In this document: in pieces, positions 45,851-53,639 of the stretch
Numbering within the stretch: the first letter of the stretch is position 1
Layout: every line of letters starts with the position of its first letter
Translations under genes and position numbers: made by a program
DNA from: an uncultured Candidatus Poseidoniales archaeon
Lineage (GTDB): Archaea > Thermoplasmatota > Poseidoniia > Poseidoniales > Poseidoniaceae
Length of the DNA stretch: 64,000 nt
Assembly (NCBI GenBank): GCA_964587885.1
Contig: CAZPME010000005.1
Location: forward strand, 17,115-81,114
Direction of reading: 5' to 3'
Notes under the pieces: model-generated
Told to the model about the DNA's origin: nothing
Databases searched by the model: none
What the model saw: only the letters and a program-made list of their open reading frames with translations

Positions 45851-46473
45851 ACTCGTCGAGTGATTACTGCGGCACCGATAATTCCGCTGATGGCGATTAT
45901 CGTTGTAAATCCTGATAATGCAGAAAAGAAGCCTTCATCTTCATTCTGTGTCGGGCATTCCTCGCCACCTTCGACAACCTCTTGAGTACCGTCTTCGAGG
46001 ATTTCCTTGCTCACCCAACAGGTACTCCAAGTGGAATAATAACCGGATTCAGGAATGATAGACAAGTTTCCTTGCCCATCACTTAGTTTGACTCTCCAGT
46101 TGATGTAAGTAACCAAGCATTCAAGTTCGGTATAGGTGCATTCCTCCCAATGAGGGATTATTTGACCACTCCAGTTATTGCCTTCATTGGTTAACTCCAT
46201 ATTCACAGGGCTTAGACACAGTCCTTGATTAACACAAAATTGTGTTTGCACTGAATCTATTGTGGTACCGTTAGCGATCGCATCATCTGATAATTCGATG
46301 CTGAAATTCCATGGTTGATTATCGCGGGTTACATCGTCATGGGTGATTGAGGAAATATTTGTCCCCGTAAGAATGGGCTCGGTATTGACTCCGGGTTCTT
46401 TGGCCATAGCGCTCGGCATTGGAATTGCTATGGTAAGCAGAAGTGCAATTAGCACAGTGAGATACCTTTGCAT
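45841..46473 (-). CDS. Hypothetical secreted Cys-rich protein with C-terminal TM anchor
   Basis: Signal peptide (LTVLIALLLTIAIPMPSAMA), 10 Cys in the ectodomain, C-terminal SGFTTIIAISGIIGAAVITRRVYD. Confidence 0.6.
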   Translation of the reverse strand: MQRYLTVLIALLLTIAIPMPSAMAKEPGVNTEPILTGTNISSITHDDVTRDNQPWNFSIELSDDAIANGTTIDSVQTQFCVNQGLCLSPVNMELTNEGNNWSGQIIPHWEECTYTELECLVTYINWRVKLSDGQGNLSIIPESGYYSTWSTCWVSKEILEDGTQEVVEGGEECPTQNEDEGFFSALSGFTTIIAISGIIGAAVITRRVYD

Positions 46474-46533
46474 AGTATCGCTTCAAGACTTATGATATTT
46501 GGTCTTTGATTTGGAAGTCCCTTACAAAGAGTA

Positions 46534-47004
46534 TTATTTTTTCCATTTTTTCCGGCCACGGGTTTTGCGCGCTGAGGCGGCTCGATTCGCTGCCTGTTTA
46601 GCGGCTGAGGAAACTTTGCGTTGTGAACGACCTTGTTTATCTCCGATTTTTGGGCCAGCGGCTGAAGCACTACGTTCCTCTTTCTTGCGTTCTTCTTGCA
46701 TCTCTTTCCATTGAGTACCAATCATCTGTAGGATCTCTTCCTTTTTTGCACTACCAATAGATTCAGCCGCCCCTTTGGCGGAAACCCAAAGTCGACCCTC
46801 CTTGGCGTGGGGGCGTTGTGGATGAGAAATATCGTCTTCGCGCTTCATCTTTTTGAGGCCTAGACTACGTGCTGCCCACACCAAACCATCCATGTCGGGT
46901 TTTGCTACTGCGGCATCGACTGAAACCCGACGACCTGAGCGACGTGAGCGGCGCTGGTCAAAATATCCAGGCCAAATAACGACGCGGTCGGGATTATGGT
47001 CCAT
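46534..47004 (-). CDS. srp19: Signal recognition particle protein SRP19 with Lys-rich C-terminal extension
   Basis: RVVIWPGYFDQRRSRRSGRRV at the N-terminus is the SRP19 signature. The Lys/Arg/Ala-rich tail is about 60 aa. Confidence 0.85.
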   Translation of the reverse strand: MDHNPDRVVIWPGYFDQRRSRRSGRRVSVDAAVAKPDMDGLVWAARSLGLKKMKREDDISHPQRPHAKEGRLWVSAKGAAESIGSAKKEEILQMIGTQWKEMQEERKKEERSASAAGPKIGDKQGRSQRKVSSAAKQAANRAASARKTRGRKKWKK

Positions 47005-47070
47005 AGGTCGGCCTCAATTATTCGATGAGGGCACCCGCATTGAAGGTGACGGGTGAATAATCACTCGGGA

Positions 47071-47451
47071 TTACTCGACGAGAATACCGTTGATGACGCC
47101 GTCCTTTCCGGGACGGCTGGTAATTTTGACAGTACCTTTGTCGGTTTCAATAACCGCACCCTTGGTGAGGATATTTCGACGGACGTAGTTGGGGTCGCAA
47201 GGGTTATCCAATACGGTTTGAATTTTGGCCTTGAATACCTTGCCAGTTTTTTTGTCGGCTACCGACACACAATCTTCACCCAATACACGGGTTAGAGGAT
47301 TACCGCCAGTCTTGCGGTAGTTCTTTCGCTTAGCATCGCCGACGAAAGCCCACTGTTTTTCAGTTGAAATTTCAGTTCGACGCTTACCGCGCGCCAATAC
47401 ATTTCGACCACCGGTTTTCTTGCGTCGGGATTTGCCGTGCCAATGTGCCAT
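47071..47451 (-). CDS. rps8e: 30S ribosomal protein S8e
   Basis: MAHWHGKSRRKKTGGR start and 126-aa length are typical of archaeal S8e. GAGGT lies about 7-8 nt upstream of the ATG. Confidence 0.9.
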   Translation of the reverse strand: MAHWHGKSRRKKTGGRNVLARGKRRTEISTEKQWAFVGDAKRKNYRKTGGNPLTRVLGEDCVSVADKKTGKVFKAKIQTVLDNPCDPNYVRRNILTKGAVIETDKGTVKITSRPGKDGVINGILVE

Positions 47452-47483
47452 GAATAAACCTCTGCGCCTCGCCGACCTAGCGC

Positions 47484-47491
47484 ATATATTT
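47484..47491 (-). promoter_or_regulatory. Candidate TATA box upstream of rps8e (with a Shine-Dalgarno-like GAGGT at 47458-47462)
   Basis: The minus strand reads GAAATATATGCGCTAGGTCGGCGAGGCGCAGAGGTTTATTC-ATG. Pattern only. Confidence 0.25.
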
Positions 47492-47589
47492 CAAGGGAGA
47501 GGTCGCGCAATATTAGCAAAATTTGGGCAATGGCACAATTTTATTGAAGGTGTAAGGGCGTAATCTTCATCGTAAATGCCCAACATCAC

Positions 47590-50500
47590 GTGATGATGGG
47601 GGACCGGTTTACCTACCTTATTTCACCAATTGTGGCTCTGTTAATTGTGTTTACACCCTTCTCAGTTTATCCATTTCAATTAGATGACAAAGGGCAACTT
47701 TTCGAACCCGTTGTTGAATCATATGTAGGTAGCGTTGGGAATCATTCAGTTGGTGGATATCACATAGCAACTGGTGATTGGTGGGAGGCTGAACAGCCAT
47801 TCACCGTTTCTGGAAATGACTGGGATGGTGATGGTACATCCAATGGTGCCGATAGTCACCCCTTGGATCCAGCTATACCAACACGTCAACCACTTCGCGG
47901 CAAATCATGTATAGTACCACTAGTAAACTGTAAATCTGAACCAACTCCTGCTCCGTTTGAACTTAATCTAAATTCAATTTCAACACAGGGATCACCATCA
48001 ATTTCCCTAGATTGGGCAGATGTCGATGGAGACGGGGATTTGGATTTAGCCGTGGGTAACAATGGAGCTACAAATGCCCTATATCTGAATAAGGGAAATG
48101 GTTTGGATTCGATGCCATCATGGACAAGTTCGGATTCATTGGTTTCCATGGATTTGGCTTGGGGAGATATGGACGGTGATGGAGATCTTGATTTGGCAGT
48201 CGCCAACTATGAGGGAGCCGCTCAGATATTCCGCAATAATAACGGAACACTGTCTACAACAGCGGTGTGGCATTATCTTCATGGTGGAAGCACAAGTTCT
48301 TCCAGAGGGACCAGCCTAGATTGGGGAGATGTGGATGGTGATGGAGATCTTGATCTTGTTTTGGCAATTTTACAAGAAGGTGTATATCTATTCAGGAACT
48401 CTGGTACTGGCCTTTCCTTAGGAAGTGTGTGGAGTGGTGGAAGTAGTGGTAACATCATGGATGTGAAACTAGCTGATGTGGATGGAGACGGGGATCTTGA
48501 CCTATTTGAAGCAGTATCTGGTGGTGCCAATTCTGTTTACAGCAATGTTGGCGGGACTTTCTCCACGATGGCATCATGGCAGAGTTCGGATAGTCTATCC
48601 ACAAGTTCACTTGCAGTTGGTGATGTGGATGATGATGGTGACATAGATATGGTTGTAGCAAATCATGGTGCAGAGAATCAGTATTTCCCTAACACCGGCT
48701 CATCACTTTCTTCCACAGCCGCCTGGTCCAGCACAGAAACTGAGGACACGATGGATGTTCGCCTAGGTGATGTAGATGGAGATGGTGATCTGGACATACT
48801 GGAATCCAATGCCGGTAATTCTGATCACATCCGAATATTCAACGGAACGGGGTATGGTGTAACTCCTGCGTGGTCAACAACAAGTGGAGGCGATTCCTCA
48901 GATTCAGCATTTGGTGACTTTGATGGAGACGGAGATCTTGATTTTGTCACAGCAGATGGAAATGATGGTCCACTAACAGCGGTGAACGGGGGACAGATGA
49001 TTGACTCTTCTTCTTCTTGGAATGATGGTCAAACCCATTACACATATTCCATGGATCTTGGTGATATCGATGGTGATGGCGACTTGGATCTAGCCGTTGG
49101 TAATGCATATGGCCCCAGTCGTATCTACAGATATGATTCATCCACCAGCTCTTACTCGATGCTATGGGCATCAAACCCACCTGGTAGTAATTCGAGTTAC
49201 TACAGTGACGATGTCCTTTGGTTTGATTACGATCATGATGGGAAACTGGATTTGGTGATTGGAAACTATGACGGAGCTAATGTCATACTTATGAATCTCA
49301 TTGGAACCCAGCACCAAGGCCAGCAGTTATCCTTTACTACAGGGATTGCCGATTGGACTAGTCAGGATACTGATAACACCCAGGATCTTGTTGCAGGAGA
49401 TGTGAATGGAGATGGTAAAGCTGATTTGGTGGCACTAAATTATGGATATAATCGTATAAATTTCGGTGGTACTAGTCCTAATTATTTGTCTAGAACTGCA
49501 TCTTGGTCAAGTTCAGATTACATGGATTCAATGTGCGGTGCTCTAGCAGATCTTGATGGCGATGGTGATCTCGACTTATTTGTCGCCAATAATGGTGAGG
49601 TTGACCAGATATTCTTCAACTCCGGTTCCGGTCTGCAAACTTCAGCAGGCTGGCAGAGTTCTGCAACTACCTCAGCACAAGGTTGTGATGTGGGCGATGT
49701 GGATGGTGATGGTGATATTGACATATTGGTCTCCAATGAGAATCAACCGAATCAACTGTATCTAAACAGAGGAGGAGGTAATTTCTTGACCACTCCTTCG
49801 TGGACATCTACTCAATCTTTGGACACAGTAAGTATAGGTCTGTGGGACATTGATGGTGATGGAGATCTTGACATGGTTGAGGGGAATTACGGTTCGCGCA
49901 ATTACATTCGCATGAATGACGGTGGTTCATTTGCTAATACAGTGTGGCAGAGTCCTGACATATTGGACACTTGGGTAATTGAGATGGGGGATGTTGAACG
50001 TGATGGCGACATTGATTTGTTCGTTGGAAATGAACAACAGACCAACCAACTTTTCCTTGGACAATCCGACCAAGATGGAGATTGGATAAGTGAGCCAACA
50101 GATGAGATGCCCACAGACCCAACGCAGACGAATGATGCTGATGAGGATGGATACGGCGACAGGATTCTAGGTTGGCTTCCTGATAGTTGTTCAGGATACT
50201 GGGGCGATTCGTGGCGTGATCGTTGGGGTTGCCCAGATCTTGATCAGGATGGTCAATCTGATCTGTTCGATCCATTCATGCAACAACCCACACAGTGGTC
50301 AGATCTAGATTTAGACGGAAGAGGAGATAACTGGGCTAACATTTCACTCTCATCCACCCGTGCTGCTAGAGGATTGGGTGAATATGTCGCGGGTGCCTAT
50401 CTTCCAGATCCATCTCCATGGGATTATGATAATGATGGTTTTGAAGATGCGGAATTAGCAGGATCTTACACCCCGTATGATGAGTGTCCAATGCAAGATG

Positions 50501-52359
50501 GTGGTTCGTATCTTGATAGGTATGGCTGTAGGGACACCGATCGTGATGGTTGGTCTGACAATTATGATTCTCATCCTGGTGATGCAACACAGTATCAAGA
50601 TAAGGATGGGGATGGATATGGTGATAATCAGAGTGGCTCCAATCCCGACAAATTTCCCAACGATGCAACTCAGCATGCAGATAGTGATGGGGATCGTCAT
50701 GGAGATAATCCCAATGGTACTGATGGTGATCAGTTCCCATATGATTCAACTCAGTGGAACGATACAGATGGAGATGGATACGGTGATCACTACAAGGGTA
50801 CTGAACCCGATTCATGTCCGATGTTGAGCGGAGATTCAACAGAAGATCGTTATGGATGCCCAGATTCTGACGGTGATGGGTGGTCAGATGAAGGAGATTT
50901 AGAACCAGAAAATGAACTTATTTGGAGCGACCTTGATGGTGATAGTTATGATGACCAAGTCACCGATGACTGTATTAATGACCGTGGGACCAGTACTGCT
51001 GATAGGCAAGGTTGTAAGGATAGTGATGGTGATGGATATTCAGACCCCGATAATGAATGGAGTGCCCATCCCAACGGATATGGAGACGCATTTTCCTCAG
51101 ATTCAACCCAATGGCACGATACTGATAGTGATGGTTATGGTGACAATGCTTTGGGTTTGCAACCCGATAGTTGTCCTGATGAGTGGGGATCAAGTACCAC
51201 CTCCTTAAATGATGGCGAATATGTTGACCTGTTCGGTTGTGCCGATCAGGACAATGATGGTTTGGTTGATGATGATGATGATTGCCCACTGACTGGTGGA
51301 GCTTCATGGATTGACAGCTATGGATGCCAAGATACAGATGGTGATGGAGTAAGTGATATTGCAGATGATTGTGATATTCAACCAGGAGATTCATCGATAG
51401 TGTACATCGCATGTCCGGATGCAGATGGCGATGGGTTGCCTGACTCTATTGATCCAATTCCAGATGATGGTGAAGGAACAATTCTAGATTGGGACGCAGA
51501 TGGATGGGACAACCCCATTGATCCTCAAAATGTAACTAGGTTGGAAGATGCATTCCCCAATGATCCTACTCAGTGGAAAGATTCAGATGGGGATGGTTTG
51601 GGAGATAATCCGAATGGCACCACTCCTGATTTGTACCCTTATGATTATGATAATGATGGGGTTCCAGATGATGAGGATCCCTTCCCCGCCAACCCCGCAG
51701 AGTGGAATGATAATGACGGGGATGGTATAGGCGATAATTCAGATACTGATGATGACAATGATGGTTACCTAGATATTCTTGAACTCAACCAAGACACAGA
51801 TCCTCTCAGTTCCTCTTCACATCCAATAGAAAGTTGGGAGTTTGTAGTACCAACAACGACGATTGGTTTGGGAGCTTGGGATTTGATTGGTATATTGGGT
51901 GGTGGCCCACTAGCCATGTGGCTTGCATTCGGACTATTGACACGCAAAGGTCGGACGCTACGATATCAGAACGAACTTGAGGTAGCAACGACAAGAGAGG
52001 CATTAGAGGAAATTGCAAATCGATATGAGTTTGCCCTAATGCTACGTCTGATAGGTCCACATCAGGGAATTAGACTTGAGCGCCTCCGTGCAGAGTTGGA
52101 TGACGTGTTGGAACTTGTACCTTTGAAGATGGACAAAGAGGATTCGCCTCCAATAGAAGAGATTGACCAAACCTCTCATGTTGAATCAAAGATGCATGCA
52201 AAGGAGTTACCTGAATTGAATGGCCCTAGACTTGACATGGTAGGAGTTATGGATGATTCTGGGTATGAGTGGGTGGAGCATAATGAGAAACAATGGTACA
52301 GGGTAAGTCCAGAATCTACTTGGGAGATTTATGTTGATGAATCATCTGGCGAGGGTTGA
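47590..52359 (+). CDS. Giant surface protein: 14 FG-GAP/VCBS-like repeats, then thrombospondin-type-3-like Ca-binding repeats, then a TM and a cytoplasmic tail
   Basis: 1589-aa ORF (GTG 47590; ATG at 47593 and 47596). N-terminal signal/TM. 14 copies of D-x-D-G-D-G-D-L-D-L-x-V-x-N. Dozens of D-x-D-x-D-G-x-x-D motifs. TM LGAWDLIGILGGGPLAMWLAFGLLT near 51868-51945. Confidence 0.9.
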   Translation: MMMGDRFTYLISPIVALLIVFTPFSVYPFQLDDKGQLFEPVVESYVGSVGNHSVGGYHIATGDWWEAEQPFTVSGNDWDGDGTSNGADSHPLDPAIPTRQPLRGKSCIVPLVNCKSEPTPAPFELNLNSISTQGSPSISLDWADVDGDGDLDLAVGNNGATNALYLNKGNGLDSMPSWTSSDSLVSMDLAWGDMDGDGDLDLAVANYEGAAQIFRNNNGTLSTTAVWHYLHGGSTSSSRGTSLDWGDVDGDGDLDLVLAILQEGVYLFRNSGTGLSLGSVWSGGSSGNIMDVKLADVDGDGDLDLFEAVSGGANSVYSNVGGTFSTMASWQSSDSLSTSSLAVGDVDDDGDIDMVVANHGAENQYFPNTGSSLSSTAAWSSTETEDTMDVRLGDVDGDGDLDILESNAGNSDHIRIFNGTGYGVTPAWSTTSGGDSSDSAFGDFDGDGDLDFVTADGNDGPLTAVNGGQMIDSSSSWNDGQTHYTYSMDLGDIDGDGDLDLAVGNAYGPSRIYRYDSSTSSYSMLWASNPPGSNSSYYSDDVLWFDYDHDGKLDLVIGNYDGANVILMNLIGTQHQGQQLSFTTGIADWTSQDTDNTQDLVAGDVNGDGKADLVALNYGYNRINFGGTSPNYLSRTASWSSSDYMDSMCGALADLDGDGDLDLFVANNGEVDQIFFNSGSGLQTSAGWQSSATTSAQGCDVGDVDGDGDIDILVSNENQPNQLYLNRGGGNFLTTPSWTSTQSLDTVSIGLWDIDGDGDLDMVEGNYGSRNYIRMNDGGSFANTVWQSPDILDTWVIEMGDVERDGDIDLFVGNEQQTNQLFLGQSDQDGDWISEPTDEMPTDPTQTNDADEDGYGDRILGWLPDSCSGYWGDSWRDRWGCPDLDQDGQSDLFDPFMQQPTQWSDLDLDGRGDNWANISLSSTRAARGLGEYVAGAYLPDPSPWDYDNDGFEDAELAGSYTPYDECPMQDGGSYLDRYGCRDTDRDGWSDNYDSHPGDATQYQDKDGDGYGDNQSGSNPDKFPNDATQHADSDGDRHGDNPNGTDGDQFPYDSTQWNDTDGDGYGDHYKGTEPDSCPMLSGDSTEDRYGCPDSDGDGWSDEGDLEPENELIWSDLDGDSYDDQVTDDCINDRGTSTADRQGCKDSDGDGYSDPDNEWSAHPNGYGDAFSSDSTQWHDTDSDGYGDNALGLQPDSCPDEWGSSTTSLNDGEYVDLFGCADQDNDGLVDDDDDCPLTGGASWIDSYGCQDTDGDGVSDIADDCDIQPGDSSIVYIACPDADGDGLPDSIDPIPDDGEGTILDWDADGWDNPIDPQNVTRLEDAFPNDPTQWKDSDGDGLGDNPNGTTPDLYPYDYDNDGVPDDEDPFPANPAEWNDNDGDGIGDNSDTDDDNDGYLDILELNQDTDPLSSSSHPIESWEFVVPTTTIGLGAWDLIGILGGGPLAMWLAFGLLTRKGRTLRYQNELEVATTREALEEIANRYEFALMLRLIGPHQGIRLERLRAELDDVLELVPLKMDKEDSPPIEEIDQTSHVESKMHAKELPELNGPRLDMVGVMDDSGYEWVEHNEKQWYRVSPESTWEIYVDESSGEG
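47992..50063 (+). repeat. Coding repeat region: 14 FG-GAP-like units (about 45-60 aa each)
   Basis: I counted 14 cores: DVDGDGDLDLAV, DMDGDGDLDLAV, DVDGDGDLDLVL, DVDGDGDLDLFE, DVDDDGDIDMVV, DVDGDGDLDILE, DFDGDGDLDFVT, DIDGDGDLDLAV, DYDHDGKLDLVI, DVNGDGKADLVA, DLDGDGDLDLFV, DVDGDGDIDILV, DIDGDGDLDMVE, DVERDGDIDLFV. Confidence 0.8.
50064..51812 (+). repeat. Coding repeat region: thrombospondin-type-3-like Asp-rich calcium-binding repeats
   Basis: Recurrent DxDxDGxxDxxDxxP motifs (for example DTDRDGWSDNYDSHP, DKDGDGYGDNQ, DSDGDGWSDEGD, DTDGDGVSDIADDC, DADGDGLPDSIDP). Confidence 0.75.
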
Positions 52360-52384
52360 AACACCCCTCCGTATTGGCAACTAC

Positions 52385-52894
52385 ATGGTCAAGGATTGGC
52401 GCTTACGCAAACGTAAACCAGTCCGGCGAAAAAATATCGCACCGCTACTAAAAAGGCTGGAACAACATCTAGACATCGACCTCAACGTCGACGGTGGTTT
52501 TCTTGAGATGGCCGAATATGGTCCATGGCAAGTGGTGATAATCGACAAGGTAGCCCACATCGTTGAAGTGGTCAGTCCCGAAGATGAGCGCATAGTATTC
52601 CTTACCTTGCGAGGATTGTTAGCGATCGCTCCTGAGAAGAAATATGTTGAAGTCGACCACGGGGCGATTCCATTTTTGATGAATGGTGCCGATTGCATGG
52701 TCGCTGGCATCCATGCCGCCGATGCTGAAATTATCGCTGGCGATTTAATTTGGATTCGTGATCAAAATCATGGTCGTCCGCTCGCACTTGGTTGGGCTTT
52801 ACTCGATGGTCCGGACTTGATTACCGAAACCAAGGGCAAAGGTATCAAGACAATTCATTACGTCGGTGATGAATTGTGGGAAATGGAGTTATAA
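52385..52894 (+). CDS. PUA-domain RNA-binding protein (Tma20/MCT-1-like)
   Basis: ORF 52331..52894 trimmed to ATG 52385, which clears the previous stop at 52359. The C-terminal VDHGAIPFLMNGADCMVAGI...AGDLIWIRDQNHGRPLALGWAL is a PUA pattern. Confidence 0.75.
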   Translation: MVKDWRLRKRKPVRRKNIAPLLKRLEQHLDIDLNVDGGFLEMAEYGPWQVVIIDKVAHIVEVVSPEDERIVFLTLRGLLAIAPEKKYVEVDHGAIPFLMNGADCMVAGIHAADAEIIAGDLIWIRDQNHGRPLALGWALLDGPDLITETKGKGIKTIHYVGDELWEMEL

Positions 52895-53593
52895 TCAACG
52901 GAATTGGTCGGTGTAATCCATACCCATGTGTTGTTGTCCGGCAGTAGGGTTCATTCCAATATTGCCGGATTCGGCAGCCACACCAAATTGGTCATTTGAA
53001 GGCATGGTGAATTGACTTCCAGTTTGCATTCCGTGGGCATCCACATGTGGTTGAGTAAATGCCGAAGCCCCAGGTGCTCCATCATTATTAGGTTCATCGG
53101 AGCCAACTCCGATTAACACGAAACCAATAATAATGCCAGGAATGGCGAGTGAGATTTTCCCGAAAGCATCATCTTCAGCTGAATGGTCGGCTACAACAAT
53201 ATCGACATTGGTCTCAACAGTAAGTGTTTCTCCGCTTGATAATTTAGGTTCGCCATAAGCAAATGCATCGGCTAATAACCCGATGTAAGTATATCCGGGA
53301 ACATCCCATGAATCATCGCAATCTGCATTAAAGTATGATGTGCCACGGAAGAATGCTTCTTCACTATTACTCGGCCTAAATATCTCAACATCACTTTCAT
53401 CGCATGACATTAAGTCCGATTGAATGTATACCGACATACCACCTTCTTGGTCGACAGTATCGAATGTCCCATTGCCACCAGAGTAAATAGAATACTCTTC
53501 GGGGTTGAAATTTTCTGCTTGCATATACATCGTCACACCGAAAATGAACGAGCCTACAACAATTACAATTCCACATAATTTTAGTATGTTCAT
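52895..53593 (-). CDS. Hypothetical membrane-anchored extracytoplasmic protein
   Basis: N-terminal TM (LKLCGIVIVVGSFIFGV), a second TM (LAIPGIIIGFVLIGV), no recognizable motif. Confidence 0.55.
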   Translation of the reverse strand: MNILKLCGIVIVVGSFIFGVTMYMQAENFNPEEYSIYSGGNGTFDTVDQEGGMSVYIQSDLMSCDESDVEIFRPSNSEEAFFRGTSYFNADCDDSWDVPGYTYIGLLADAFAYGEPKLSSGETLTVETNVDIVVADHSAEDDAFGKISLAIPGIIIGFVLIGVGSDEPNNDGAPGASAFTQPHVDAHGMQTGSQFTMPSNDQFGVAAESGNIGMNPTAGQQHMGMDYTDQFR

Positions 53594-53639
53594 AATACGG
53601 CGAATAGATACTGTATGTTAATTGATTCCCCGCAATTAA

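Noticed and set aside
47992-50063. Regularly recurring ~36-bp GATGTNGATGGNGAYGGNGATCTTGAT elements as a CRISPR-like array
   Set aside because: The repeats are in frame within one long ORF and imperfect at third codon positions. Their spacing is variable (about 135-180 bp) and there are no cas genes. They are protein repeats, not CRISPR.
47886-51947. Many 60-157-aa ORFs in other frames or on the other strand inside the giant FG-GAP gene, including His-rich and Met/Ile-rich peptides
   Set aside because: They are by-products of the GAT/GGT-rich repeat DNA, which lacks stops in alternative frames. All are fully nested in a 1589-aa ORF with coherent domain structure.
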